Assembly (NCBI RefSeq): GCF_000422205.1
Contig: NZ_ATHV01000041.1
Span: 1 to 24,000, forward strand
Reading direction: 5' to 3'
Source of the DNA: Desulfovibrio sp. X2
Lineage (GTDB): Bacteria > Desulfobacterota > Desulfovibrionia > Desulfovibrionales > Desulfovibrionaceae
Length of the DNA: 24,000 nt
Below are positions 16,350-23,080 of the stretch, piece after piece (positions within the stretch are counted from its first letter, which is position 1; each line of letters starts with the position of its first letter). The notes below the pieces were generated by a model. It made no database searches, was not told the DNA's origin, and saw only the letters and a program-made list of their open reading frames with translations. The position numbers and the translations under genes are program-made.

Positions 16350-17963
16350 CTACGATTTCCTCATCAGCAGCCACTGCTGGGAGATGGAGAGGACGTTGTT
16401 CACCAGCCAGTAGACCACGAGCCCGGCGGGGAAGTTCAGGAACAGGCCGGTGAAGACCACGGGCATGAAGAGCATGATCTTGGCCTGCGTCGGGTCGCCG
16501 GGAGGCGGGGACATCTTCTGCTGGAGGAACATGGTGGCGCCCATGATCAGCGGGGTGATGTAGTACGGGTCCTTGGCCGAAAGGTCGGCCAGCCAGATGA
16601 GATTGGTGAACGGGAGATGGGTGATGAAGGGCGCGTGGCGCAGCTGGATGGACTGCAGCAGCGCCTCGTAGAGCCCGAAGAAGACCGGGATCTGCAGCAC
16701 CATGGGCAGGCAGCCGCCCATGGGGTTGACCTTGTAGGTCTTGTAGAGCTGCATGAGCTCCTGGTTCATCTTCTCGCGATCCTTGCCGTACTTCTCCCTG
16801 ATCTTGGCCATCATCGGCTGGAGCTTCTTCATCTTGTTCATGGAGACGTAGCTCTTCTGCGACAGCGGCCAGAAGACGATCTTGATCAGGGCCGTGAGAA
16901 TGATGATCGCCACGCCCCAGTTGCCGACCCAGGTGTGGAAGATGTTCAGCAGCCAGAGCAAAGGCTTGGCGATGACGTTGAAGAAGCCGAAGTTCACGGC
17001 CTTGTCCAGGCCGTGGTCGGCCGTGGCGAGGACCTTGGGATCCTTGGGCCCGAGGTAGTAGGCCATGTTCACCGTGGCGCTCGAGCCCGCCGGCAAGGTG
17101 ATGCCCCCGCGCTCGACGGCCATGCGGTAGATGCCGTCGTCGAGCTTGCCCTTGAACACCGCGCCCGGGGACTGGGGCACGAGGTCGAGCATGAAGTAGT
17201 TGCTGGCCAGGCCGCCCCAGCCGAGCTCCTCGTCGGAGTAGACGCCCTTGGCCATGTCCTTGGCGCTCTTCTCCTGCTCCAGGGAGCCCTTCTGCAGCCA
17301 CTCCATGCGCGTGGGGTTGTAGTGGTCCTTCTCGCTGGACAGCCCGGTCGAGGCGAGGGTGAAGTCGAGCCTGCCCGAGGTGGCCTGTCCGGCCGCGGGC
17401 GTGAGCTGCACCGCCTCCTTGATCAGATAGCTGCCCGCGCTGAAGGTCAGGGTGCGGGTGAGATGCAGTCCGGAGAGGTCGCAGGCGAAGGTCAGGGTGC
17501 CGGTCTGCCCGTCGGAGAGCGCGAGGTCGCCGCCCTCGAAGGTCCAGTCGGGCGCGGACCAGGTGGCCTGGCCGGACCAGATGAGGCCGAGCGGGGCCTT
17601 GAGCATGGCCTGCGGCGAGACGAGCTCCACGGAGGGGGAGCCGGGCTCGATGGTCTGGCGGTACTGCTTGAGCACGAAGGATTCGAGCAGGCCGCCGTGG
17701 GTGTTCAGGCGGGCGGTGTAGAGCGGGGTGTCGACGGTGACGGTCCTGCCCTGCGAGATGGCCGCGGCCATGGTCGGCAGCGCGCGGCCGGCGCCCTCGT
17801 CGGCCGCGGAGGGCGCGGCCTGGGGCTGCACCGTGGCGGCGGATTCCTGCTGCTGCGCGCTGGGCGCGGGCTTCGGCTGCTCCTTGGGAGAGAAGAAATA
17901 GCTCCAGCCGATGAGGATGAGGAAGGAGAGGACCGTGGCCAGGATGAGTCTGTTCTTTTCCAC
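16350..17963 (-). CDS. yidC: Membrane protein insertase YidC
   Basis: 537 aa. Begins MEKNRLILATVLSFLILIGWSYFF. The C-terminal core is WGVAIIILTALIKIVFWPL..KSY.SM.KMK.LQP....IREKY..D..KMNQELM.LYK....NP.GGCLP...QIPVFF.LY. Confidence 0.93.
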   Translation of the reverse strand: MEKNRLILATVLSFLILIGWSYFFSPKEQPKPAPSAQQQESAATVQPQAAPSAADEGAGRALPTMAAAISQGRTVTVDTPLYTARLNTHGGLLESFVLKQYRQTIEPGSPSVELVSPQAMLKAPLGLIWSGQATWSAPDWTFEGGDLALSDGQTGTLTFACDLSGLHLTRTLTFSAGSYLIKEAVQLTPAAGQATSGRLDFTLASTGLSSEKDHYNPTRMEWLQKGSLEQEKSAKDMAKGVYSDEELGWGGLASNYFMLDLVPQSPGAVFKGKLDDGIYRMAVERGGITLPAGSSATVNMAYYLGPKDPKVLATADHGLDKAVNFGFFNVIAKPLLWLLNIFHTWVGNWGVAIIILTALIKIVFWPLSQKSYVSMNKMKKLQPMMAKIREKYGKDREKMNQELMQLYKTYKVNPMGGCLPMVLQIPVFFGLYEALLQSIQLRHAPFITHLPFTNLIWLADLSAKDPYYITPLIMGATMFLQQKMSPPPGDPTQAKIMLFMPVVFTGLFLNFPAGLVVYWLVNNVLSISQQWLLMRKS

Positions 17964-17981
17964 TCTGTGGCTCTCTTTGAC

Positions 17982-18236
17982 TTACGGGCGTTGGCAACCC
18001 TTGGCACCCGCTTCGCCCGGGCCTGTCCCGGGAACGGGGTCGTATCCGCCGTCACAAAAAGGGTGGCACCTGGCGAGCCGCTTGATTGTCAGCCATCCCC
18101 CCTTGAGCGCACCATGGCGCGTGACCGCCTCCAGCGCATAGCTGGAGCAGGTGGGGACGAATCGACAGCACGGCGGATGAAGCGGGGAGATGGCAAGCTG
18201 GTAGCAGCGTATGCAGACGGCGAGAATGCGTTTCAT
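17982..18236 (-). CDS. yidD: Membrane protein insertion efficiency factor YidD
   Basis: 84 aa. Contains YQLAISPL....[43 protein letters not shown]. Its ATG overlaps the rnpA stop (ATGA at 18233-18236). Confidence 0.92.
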   Translation of the reverse strand: MKRILAVCIRCYQLAISPLHPPCCRFVPTCSSYALEAVTRHGALKGGWLTIKRLARCHPFCDGGYDPVPGTGPGEAGAKGCQRP

Positions 18237-18976
18237 GGCCTGTCCAAGGACCCGTTCGGACGCAGCGGCGGCCTGTCCGGTGTCCGGTCGTCCTGCGCCG
18301 AGGGGGCCTGCGCGGGCGCGGTCCGGTCCTGGTCGCTTCGGGCCTGCTCGTCGCGGGGCTTTTCACCCGCGGGGGCATCGTCCCGGATCGGGGCTTCGCG
18401 TGTCGAAGGAGCCTGCCCTCCGGCCTGCGCGACGGACGCGCCGTCGAGGCGTTTTCGGGCCTCGCGGCTGATCCGGCCGAGCACCGGCAGGAGCTCCTCG
18501 CTCACCATTTCAAGTCCGACCTGCCGCGGGTCCAGATTCCGTTTGGGGACCACGACATAATCGTGCGGCGGGTCGCATTCGCGCTGATGCAGCCTGAAGA
18601 ATTCCCGCAAAACCCGCTTCACCCGGTTTCGCATCGGGGCAGACCCGGTTCTGCGAGTCACGGTCAGCCCCAGGCGCCACGGCTCGCGCGAATCGCGCGG
18701 CAGGGCAAAGACGACGAAATGCTTGGTAAAGTACCGGCGGCCCTGGTCGAAACACGACTGAAACTCGGGCCGCCGGAGTACCCTGTTGGCGCGAGGAAAG
18801 CCTAAGCGGCTAATTTCTTGCGGCCCTTCGCACGGCGGCGGGCCAGCACGGCACGCCCGGTCTTGGTCTGGAGGCGGGCACGGAAACCGTGCGTCCTTTT
18901 GCGCCTGATCTTGCTGGGCTGGTATGTACGCTTCATTGTAAGAATCGCTCCTCATAAAAAATAGAACGCAACTCAT
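18233..18976 (-). CDS. rnpA: Ribonuclease P protein component; start codon uncertain (maximal ORF given)
   Basis: The conserved core runs from about 18799: [17 protein letters not shown]...FVVFA...[27 protein letters not shown] (RNR motif)...DYVVVPK. Reading the codons, there is no in-frame ATG/GTG/TTG/CTG between 18954 and this core. In-frame ATGs lie at 18976 (GAGGTGG 4 nt upstream) and 18955, both upstream of the rpmH start. A 70-aa low-complexity C-terminal tail is present. Confidence 0.7.
   Translation of the reverse strand: MSCVLFFMRSDSYNEAYIPAQQDQAQKDARFPCPPPDQDRACRAGPPPCEGPQEISRLGFPRANRVLRRPEFQSCFDQGRRYFTKHFVVFALPRDSREPWRLGLTVTRRTGSAPMRNRVKRVLREFFRLHQRECDPPHDYVVVPKRNLDPRQVGLEMVSEELLPVLGRISREARKRLDGASVAQAGGQAPSTREAPIRDDAPAGEKPRDEQARSDQDRTAPAQAPSAQDDRTPDRPPLRPNGSLDRP
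18802..18936 (-). CDS. rpmH: 50S ribosomal protein L34
   Basis: Not in the track (44 aa). Translates to [44 protein letters not shown], a textbook L34. ATG at 18936, TAG at 18802-18804, GAGGAG 11 nt upstream. Confidence 0.95.
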   Translation of the reverse strand: MKRTYQPSKIRRKRTHGFRARLQTKTGRAVLARRRAKGRKKLAA

Positions 18977-19001
18977 TATCCACCTCGGCCGGGCAAGTCA
19001 A
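18975..19001 (-). promoter_or_regulatory. Sigma70-type promoter candidate for rpmH
   Basis: On the minus strand: TTGACT (19001-18996), a 15-nt spacer, then GATAAT (18980-18975). The spacer is short, so this is tentative. The -10 overlaps the ATG at 18976. Confidence 0.3.
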
Positions 19002-19091
19002 GGGTCTTGGCGCCTGATTCGAGGCTTGAAGGCGGCGGGGCGGAGGGCTATGGTCCGCCCGACACGGCATCCCCCCAAGGAGGTTCTTTTT

Positions 19092-19745
19092 ATGGATAGC
19101 GTGCTGGACAGATTCTGGATCAAGCGCCTGGAGGACGTCAAGGTCGCCCTCGAGGAGAACAACTTCGTCGCGCGCGTCGCGGCCACGGCGGACGAGGCCA
19201 GGGAGATCGTCGTCTCCGAGGTCCTGCCCGCCACGGGCGCCGAGTCCGTGACCTTCGGCGGCTCCATGAGCGTCTCGGCCACCGGCCTCTACGAGGCGCT
19301 CAAGGCCCGGCCCGGCCTTGCGGTCATCGACACCTACGACCGCACCATCAGCCGCGAGGAGATGTACGAGCGCCGCCGCCAGGCCCTGCTCGCCGACCTC
19401 TTCGTCTCCGGCACCAACGCCGTGACCATGGACGGCCTGCTGGTCAACCTGGACATGATCGGCAACCGCTCCGGCGGCATCAATTTCGGCCCCCGCCACG
19501 TGGTGGTGCTCGCCGGGCGCAACAAGGTCTGCGACGACCTCGAGTCCGCCATGGCGCGCATCAAGAGCGTGGCCGCCCCGGCCAACGCCCTGCGCCTGAA
19601 CATGAAGACCCCCTGCGTGAAGACCGGCGTGTGCATAGACTGCAAGAGCCCGGACCGCATCTGCAACACCTGGGCGATCACCGAGAAGTGCTTCCCCAAG
19701 CACCGCATCACCGTGGTCCTCGTGAACCAGGACCTGGGGCTGTAG
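19092..19745 (+). CDS. LUD-domain (YkgG/LutC-like, DUF162) lactate-utilization-family protein
   Basis: 217 aa starting at MDSVLDRF, with GGAGG 8 nt upstream. Contains SVTFGGSMS, LFVSGTNAVTMDGLLVNLDMIGNR, NFGPRHVVVLAGRNKV.DL..A..RIK..AAPANALRLNMKTPCVKTG.CIDC.SPDRICN....I. Confidence 0.8.
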   Translation: MDSVLDRFWIKRLEDVKVALEENNFVARVAATADEAREIVVSEVLPATGAESVTFGGSMSVSATGLYEALKARPGLAVIDTYDRTISREEMYERRRQALLADLFVSGTNAVTMDGLLVNLDMIGNRSGGINFGPRHVVVLAGRNKVCDDLESAMARIKSVAAPANALRLNMKTPCVKTGVCIDCKSPDRICNTWAITEKCFPKHRITVVLVNQDLGL

Positions 19746-19746
19746 C

Positions 19747-20400
19747 GTGCACTTCGCCACGCCCGGCTGGGACCTCGCCCTCTTCCGCCTGCTGAACGGG
19801 CAGGCGCGGGCGGCGTTTCTGGACCTCGCGCTGCCCGTCTTCTCCATGACCTGGCTCATCTGGGTCCTGGGCGTGGCGGCCTTCGTCCTGGCCGCGCGGC
19901 GGATCGGGGTCGCGCGCGTCCTGCCCGTGGCCCTCTGCCTGGTCCTGGCCGTGGGGCTCGCGGACGGCACCACGAGCGTGATGAAGACCACCTTCGGCCG
20001 GCAGCGCCCCCTGAACACCCTGCCGGGCGCGTGGTTCCACGAGGACGGCCGCTGGCAGCAGCGCCCGGCCGACTTCGCGCCCGACCTCGAGCCGGGCTCG
20101 TCGTACTCCTCGGGCCACGCGGCCAACACCATGGCCGCAGCCGCCTTCCTGCTCCTCGCGCTCTGGCGGCAAGACCGCAGGCGGCTCGCCTGGCTCCTCT
20201 GCCTGCCGCTCCTGACCGGCTGGTCGCGCGTCTACCTGGGCAAGCACTATCCCACGGACGTCATGGCCGGGTGGATCGTCGGGCTCTTCGCGGCCCTCGT
20301 GGTCTGGGGAGTGGTCTGGCGCTTCGCCCGGCCGCGCCTGGCGGCGCGGTTCTCCGCGCGCCTCGGCCCCTGGCTCGGCGGCCGCGACGCGCTGCCCTGA
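19747..20400 (+). CDS. PAP2-superfamily phosphatase (phosphatidic acid / undecaprenyl-diphosphate phosphatase type)
   Basis: All three PAP2 motifs are present: KTTFGRQRP, SSGHA and SRVYLGKHYPTDV. It is multi-TM. The GTG start lies 1 nt after the preceding stop. Confidence 0.88.
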   Translation: MHFATPGWDLALFRLLNGQARAAFLDLALPVFSMTWLIWVLGVAAFVLAARRIGVARVLPVALCLVLAVGLADGTTSVMKTTFGRQRPLNTLPGAWFHEDGRWQQRPADFAPDLEPGSSYSSGHAANTMAAAAFLLLALWRQDRRRLAWLLCLPLLTGWSRVYLGKHYPTDVMAGWIVGLFAALVVWGVVWRFARPRLAARFSARLGPWLGGRDALP

Positions 20401-20419
20401 GATTTCCCCCCAGGGCTCC

Positions 20420-20450
20420 CCGAAATTCCCCCGAGATTCCCCGAGATTCC
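20420..20450. repeat. Short tandem repeat CCGA(A/G)ATTCC x3 in a convergent intergenic gap
   Basis: CCGAAATTCC (20420-20429), CCGAGATTCC (20431-20440), CCGAGATTCC (20441-20450). A related GAGATTTCC sits at 20399-20407. Confidence 0.75.
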
Positions 20451-20482
20451 TTCCGCGACGGGATCCCTTTCCGAACCGTATG

Positions 20483-20510
20483 GGCGAAGGCGCGCAGGCG
20501 CGCCTTCGCC
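20483..20510. terminator. Palindromic hairpin between convergent PAP2 and VOC genes (possible bidirectional terminator)
   Basis: GGCGAAGGCGCGC (20483-20495), AG, GCGCGCCTTCGCC (20498-20510). The arms are perfect, and the centre must open to form a loop. No T tracts. Confidence 0.4.
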
Positions 20511-21118
20511 TACACGGGCGTGTGGCTGTCCGTGATGATGCCCACGATCTGCTGGCCGTCGCCGGGATAGGCGCGGCGGTCCTCCTCGGGCGTCGGTTCG
20601 CCGGGCCCGGGCCAGTGGCCGGGCTGGGGGCCGTTGCCCTCCATGGCCGCGGGCGAGGGATGGTCGTCGGCCATGACCGGATAGCGGCGCACGTCCACCG
20701 AGGGCACGGGCGCGCTGAACTCCACGGCGATGCCGTTGGGGTCGAAGGCGTAGATGGAGTGGATGAAGCCGTGGTCCACGACCTCGGAGACCCAGACGTC
20801 GGCCGCGTCCAGGCGGTCCTTGAGCGCCCAGAGGTCGTCCTCCCCGGCCAGGCCGAAGCTCACGTGGTCGAAGGCCACCGGGCCCTTGACCGGCGCGCCG
20901 TGGTCCTTCTCGGGAATGGGCTCGGCCCCCTCCCATTCGAAGAAGGCGATCATGTCGTGCTCGGAGATCTCGAAGAAATAGTGGCGGTAGCCCGGGCGGC
21001 CGAGCCCCACGACCAGCCGCATGCCGAGGAGGTCGCGCCAGAAGCGGATCGTGGCCTCCATGTCGCCGGTGACCATGGCCAAATGGTTGACTCCTGTGTA
21101 GCGGACCTGTGGGGTCAT
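20510..21118 (-). CDS. VOC (glyoxalase/bleomycin-resistance/dioxygenase fold) family protein with a Pro/Gly-rich C-terminal tail
   Basis: 202 aa starting at MTPQVRYTGVNHLAMVT.DME.TIRFW.DLLGM, with AAGGAG 6 nt upstream. It also has FDHV.F and HSIYAFDPNGIAVEF, typical of the VOC fold. The track start at 21199 has no RBS. Confidence 0.8.
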   Translation of the reverse strand: MTPQVRYTGVNHLAMVTGDMEATIRFWRDLLGMRLVVGLGRPGYRHYFFEISEHDMIAFFEWEGAEPIPEKDHGAPVKGPVAFDHVSFGLAGEDDLWALKDRLDAADVWVSEVVDHGFIHSIYAFDPNGIAVEFSAPVPSVDVRRYPVMADDHPSPAAMEGNGPQPGHWPGPGEPTPEEDRRAYPGDGQQIVGIITDSHTPV

Positions 21119-21311
21119 GGACTGCTCCTTGAAAAGACACTGTCCCGGGGGCTTAGCACGGAAAGCCTTGCGGAGAAAGACTTCCCGGGCGAGCGGCAAC
21201 CGATTGTCCTTGACGGCCCCTTGATTTTGGAATAGTCCCGGGCTTCGTAAACGGGCGTGGCATCGTGTTTTCCGAGTGGTTCACGGCTTTGGTGCTTTTT
21301 TGCACAAGCTC

Positions 21312-21340
21312 TTGATTTTCCAAAGGCCTCCTCGTATCAC
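21312..21340 (+). promoter_or_regulatory. Sigma70-type promoter candidate upstream of the RsbRD_N-like gene and dsrMK
   Basis: TTGATT (21312-21317), a 17-nt spacer, then TATCAC (21335-21340). This would give a leader of about 100 nt. Confidence 0.3.
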
Positions 21341-21448
21341 TCGGGAACGAGTTTTCCCTCCAGTTCCAAACGCAAGAGGACGGGCCCGCCCCGCATCCGG
21401 CCTGAAGGTCGAGCGGGAGCGGTGTGCGGCCTGCGATCGGGGTGACGA

Positions 21449-22012
21449 ATGACCTTGGCGCAGCTCATCCGGGACGAAAAGACGGCTGTGGTCGACCGCT
21501 GGTACGACCTCGTGCTTTCCACATATCCCGGGCAGACGGCCAAAGTCTGGAAAGCCAACACCGACCGCTTCACCAATCCCGTAGGACAGACCACCCTGCG
21601 CATTCTCGGCATCCTGGTCGACCAGCTGCTGCGCTGGGACGACGCCAAGGCCGTGTGCGCCCCGCTCGAGGAGCTGGTCAAGATTCGCGCCGTGCAGGAT
21701 TTCACGCCCGCCAAGGCGCTTTCCTTCGTCTTCTTCTTCAAAAAGGTTCTGCGCGAGCTGTTCGCCGAGACCATCGCCCGCGAGGGGCTCGGTGGCGAGC
21801 TGGCCGTTTTCGACGGCCGCGTGGACAATCTGGCCTTGATGGCCTTCGACATCTACGTGAAGAGCCGCGAGGAGCTTTACCGGATGCGCGTGGACGAGTT
21901 CAAGCACGCGCACCGCATGCTCTTCCGCAAGGCCGGGCTGATGTGCGATTCGGCGGAGGTCCTGGGCGGGGGTGCGCCGCCTTCCCAGGATGAGCCCGCC
22001 GGGACCGAATAA
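21449..22012 (+). CDS. Small soluble protein, tentatively RsbRD N-terminal-domain-like; function unknown
   Basis: 187 aa, with good G/C-ending codon usage. The pattern W..LVLSTYP......W......F.NPVG.T....L..LV..LL resembles the RsbRD_N family as I recall it; this is not verified. It lies 24 nt upstream of dsrM on the same strand. Confidence 0.55.
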   Translation: MTLAQLIRDEKTAVVDRWYDLVLSTYPGQTAKVWKANTDRFTNPVGQTTLRILGILVDQLLRWDDAKAVCAPLEELVKIRAVQDFTPAKALSFVFFFKKVLRELFAETIAREGLGGELAVFDGRVDNLALMAFDIYVKSREELYRMRVDEFKHAHRMLFRKAGLMCDSAEVLGGGAPPSQDEPAGTE

Positions 22013-22036
22013 CCGTAAGCGAGGTAGGGTGGACAC

Positions 22037-23065
22037 ATGAACGCATTTTACGGATTGTTTCTCGTCTGCGCGCTGGCACTGGTCGCGCTGATGGGCGTCG
22101 GAGGGGCGGGGTTGACCGGTCTCTTCGGCATCGTCATCCCGTACGCGGCCGTGGCGATCTTCGTCCTCGGCTTCGCCTGGAAGGTGTACGGCTGGGCCAA
22201 GTCCCCGGTCCCCTTCCGCATTCCGACCACGGGCGGCCAGCAGAAGACTCTGGACTGGATTCCCTACGCCCGCTACGACAACCCCGTGAACAGCCGCGAC
22301 ACGGTGGTGCGCATGATCCTCGAGGTCCTGTGCTTCCGTTCGCTGTTCCGCAACACCTCGGCCAAGCTGGGCACCGCTCCGGACGGCACCCCGCAGGTCG
22401 GGTACTTCTCCGAGAAGTGGCTCTGGCTCGGCGCCATCCTCTTCCACTACAGCTTCTTCCTGATCCTCTTCAGGCACATGCGCTTCTTCACGAGCCCGGT
22501 GCCCTTCATCATCCAGCAGGTGGACTTCTTCGACTCCATCCTGCAGATCGGCGCGCCCACGATGTACATCACGGACCTGCTGTTCGTGGTCGGCATCCTC
22601 TGGCTGCTGGCCCGCCGCCTGATCTACCCCCAGATCCGCTACATCTCGGCCCCGGCCGACTACTTCCCGCTCTTCCTGATCCTGGGCATCGCCCTGTCGG
22701 GCATCTACATGCGCCACATCGACAAGGTCGACGTCATCGCGGTCAAGGACTTCGCCATGTCCCTGGTGATGTTCGCCCCCAAGGTTCCGCAGAACGTCGC
22801 CCCGTCCTTCTTCGTGCACTTCTTCCTGGTCTGCACGCTGCTCATCTACTTCCCCTTCAGCAAGCTCATGCACCTGGGCGGCGTCTTCCTCTCGCCCACG
22901 CGCAACCTGCCCAACGACACGCGCATCCGGCACCACGTGAACCCCTGGAACCCGCATCTCAAGCCGCACTCCTACGAGGCGTACGAGGATGATTTCCGGG
23001 AGCTCATGGTCGAAGCCGGTCTTCCCGTCGTCAAACAGCCGGAAGAAGCCGGCGCCGAAGAATAA
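22037..23065 (+). CDS. dsrM: DsrM, NarI-like dihaem b membrane subunit of the DsrMKJOP complex
   Basis: 342 aa and multi-TM. Contains WAKSPVPFRIPTTGGQQK.L, HYSFFLILFRH, PFSKLMH..GVFLSPTRN. It is followed directly by dsrK. Confidence 0.88.
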   Translation: MNAFYGLFLVCALALVALMGVGGAGLTGLFGIVIPYAAVAIFVLGFAWKVYGWAKSPVPFRIPTTGGQQKTLDWIPYARYDNPVNSRDTVVRMILEVLCFRSLFRNTSAKLGTAPDGTPQVGYFSEKWLWLGAILFHYSFFLILFRHMRFFTSPVPFIIQQVDFFDSILQIGAPTMYITDLLFVVGILWLLARRLIYPQIRYISAPADYFPLFLILGIALSGIYMRHIDKVDVIAVKDFAMSLVMFAPKVPQNVAPSFFVHFFLVCTLLIYFPFSKLMHLGGVFLSPTRNLPNDTRIRHHVNPWNPHLKPHSYEAYEDDFRELMVEAGLPVVKQPEEAGAEE

Positions 23066-23080
23066 GCCAAGGAGTTGGCC

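Noticed and set aside
13607-16453. Upstream part of ORF 13316-14815 (-), plus 13871-14356, 14275-15168, 14777-16453 and 15549-16307 (+)
   Set aside because: These are off-frame or antisense shadows of mnmE and jag.
18002-18016. TGGCAC-N5-TCGC with correct sigma54 spacing on the + strand
   Set aside because: It lies inside the yidD coding sequence and points antisense to yidD/rnpA with no downstream + strand gene. It is most likely chance in GC-rich DNA.
16312-18560. ORFs 16312-17997 (-, 561 aa) and 16314-18560 (+, 748 aa)
   Set aside because: These are shadows of yidC, yidD and rnpA.
18976-18984. DnaA-box-like TTATCCACC (8/9 match) next to the rpmH promoter, hinting at oriC
   Set aside because: Only a single box was found by eye. 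There is no cluster of boxes, no AT-rich unwinding element, and no dnaA/dnaN in the window.
18933-20247. Minus-strand ORFs 18933-20132 and 19708-20247
   Set aside because: They are antisense to the LUD-domain and PAP2 genes, whose motifs are unambiguous.
20247-21235. ORFs 20247-21140 (-) and 20480-21235 (+)
   Set aside because: They are off-frame or antisense to the VOC-family gene.
21290-21304. Sigma54-like element TGGTGC-TTTTT-TGCA upstream of the dsr genes
   Set aside because: The GG-to-GC distance is 11 nt rather than the required 12, and the -24 box is TGGTGC rather than TGGCAC. Spacing is normally invariant for sigma54.
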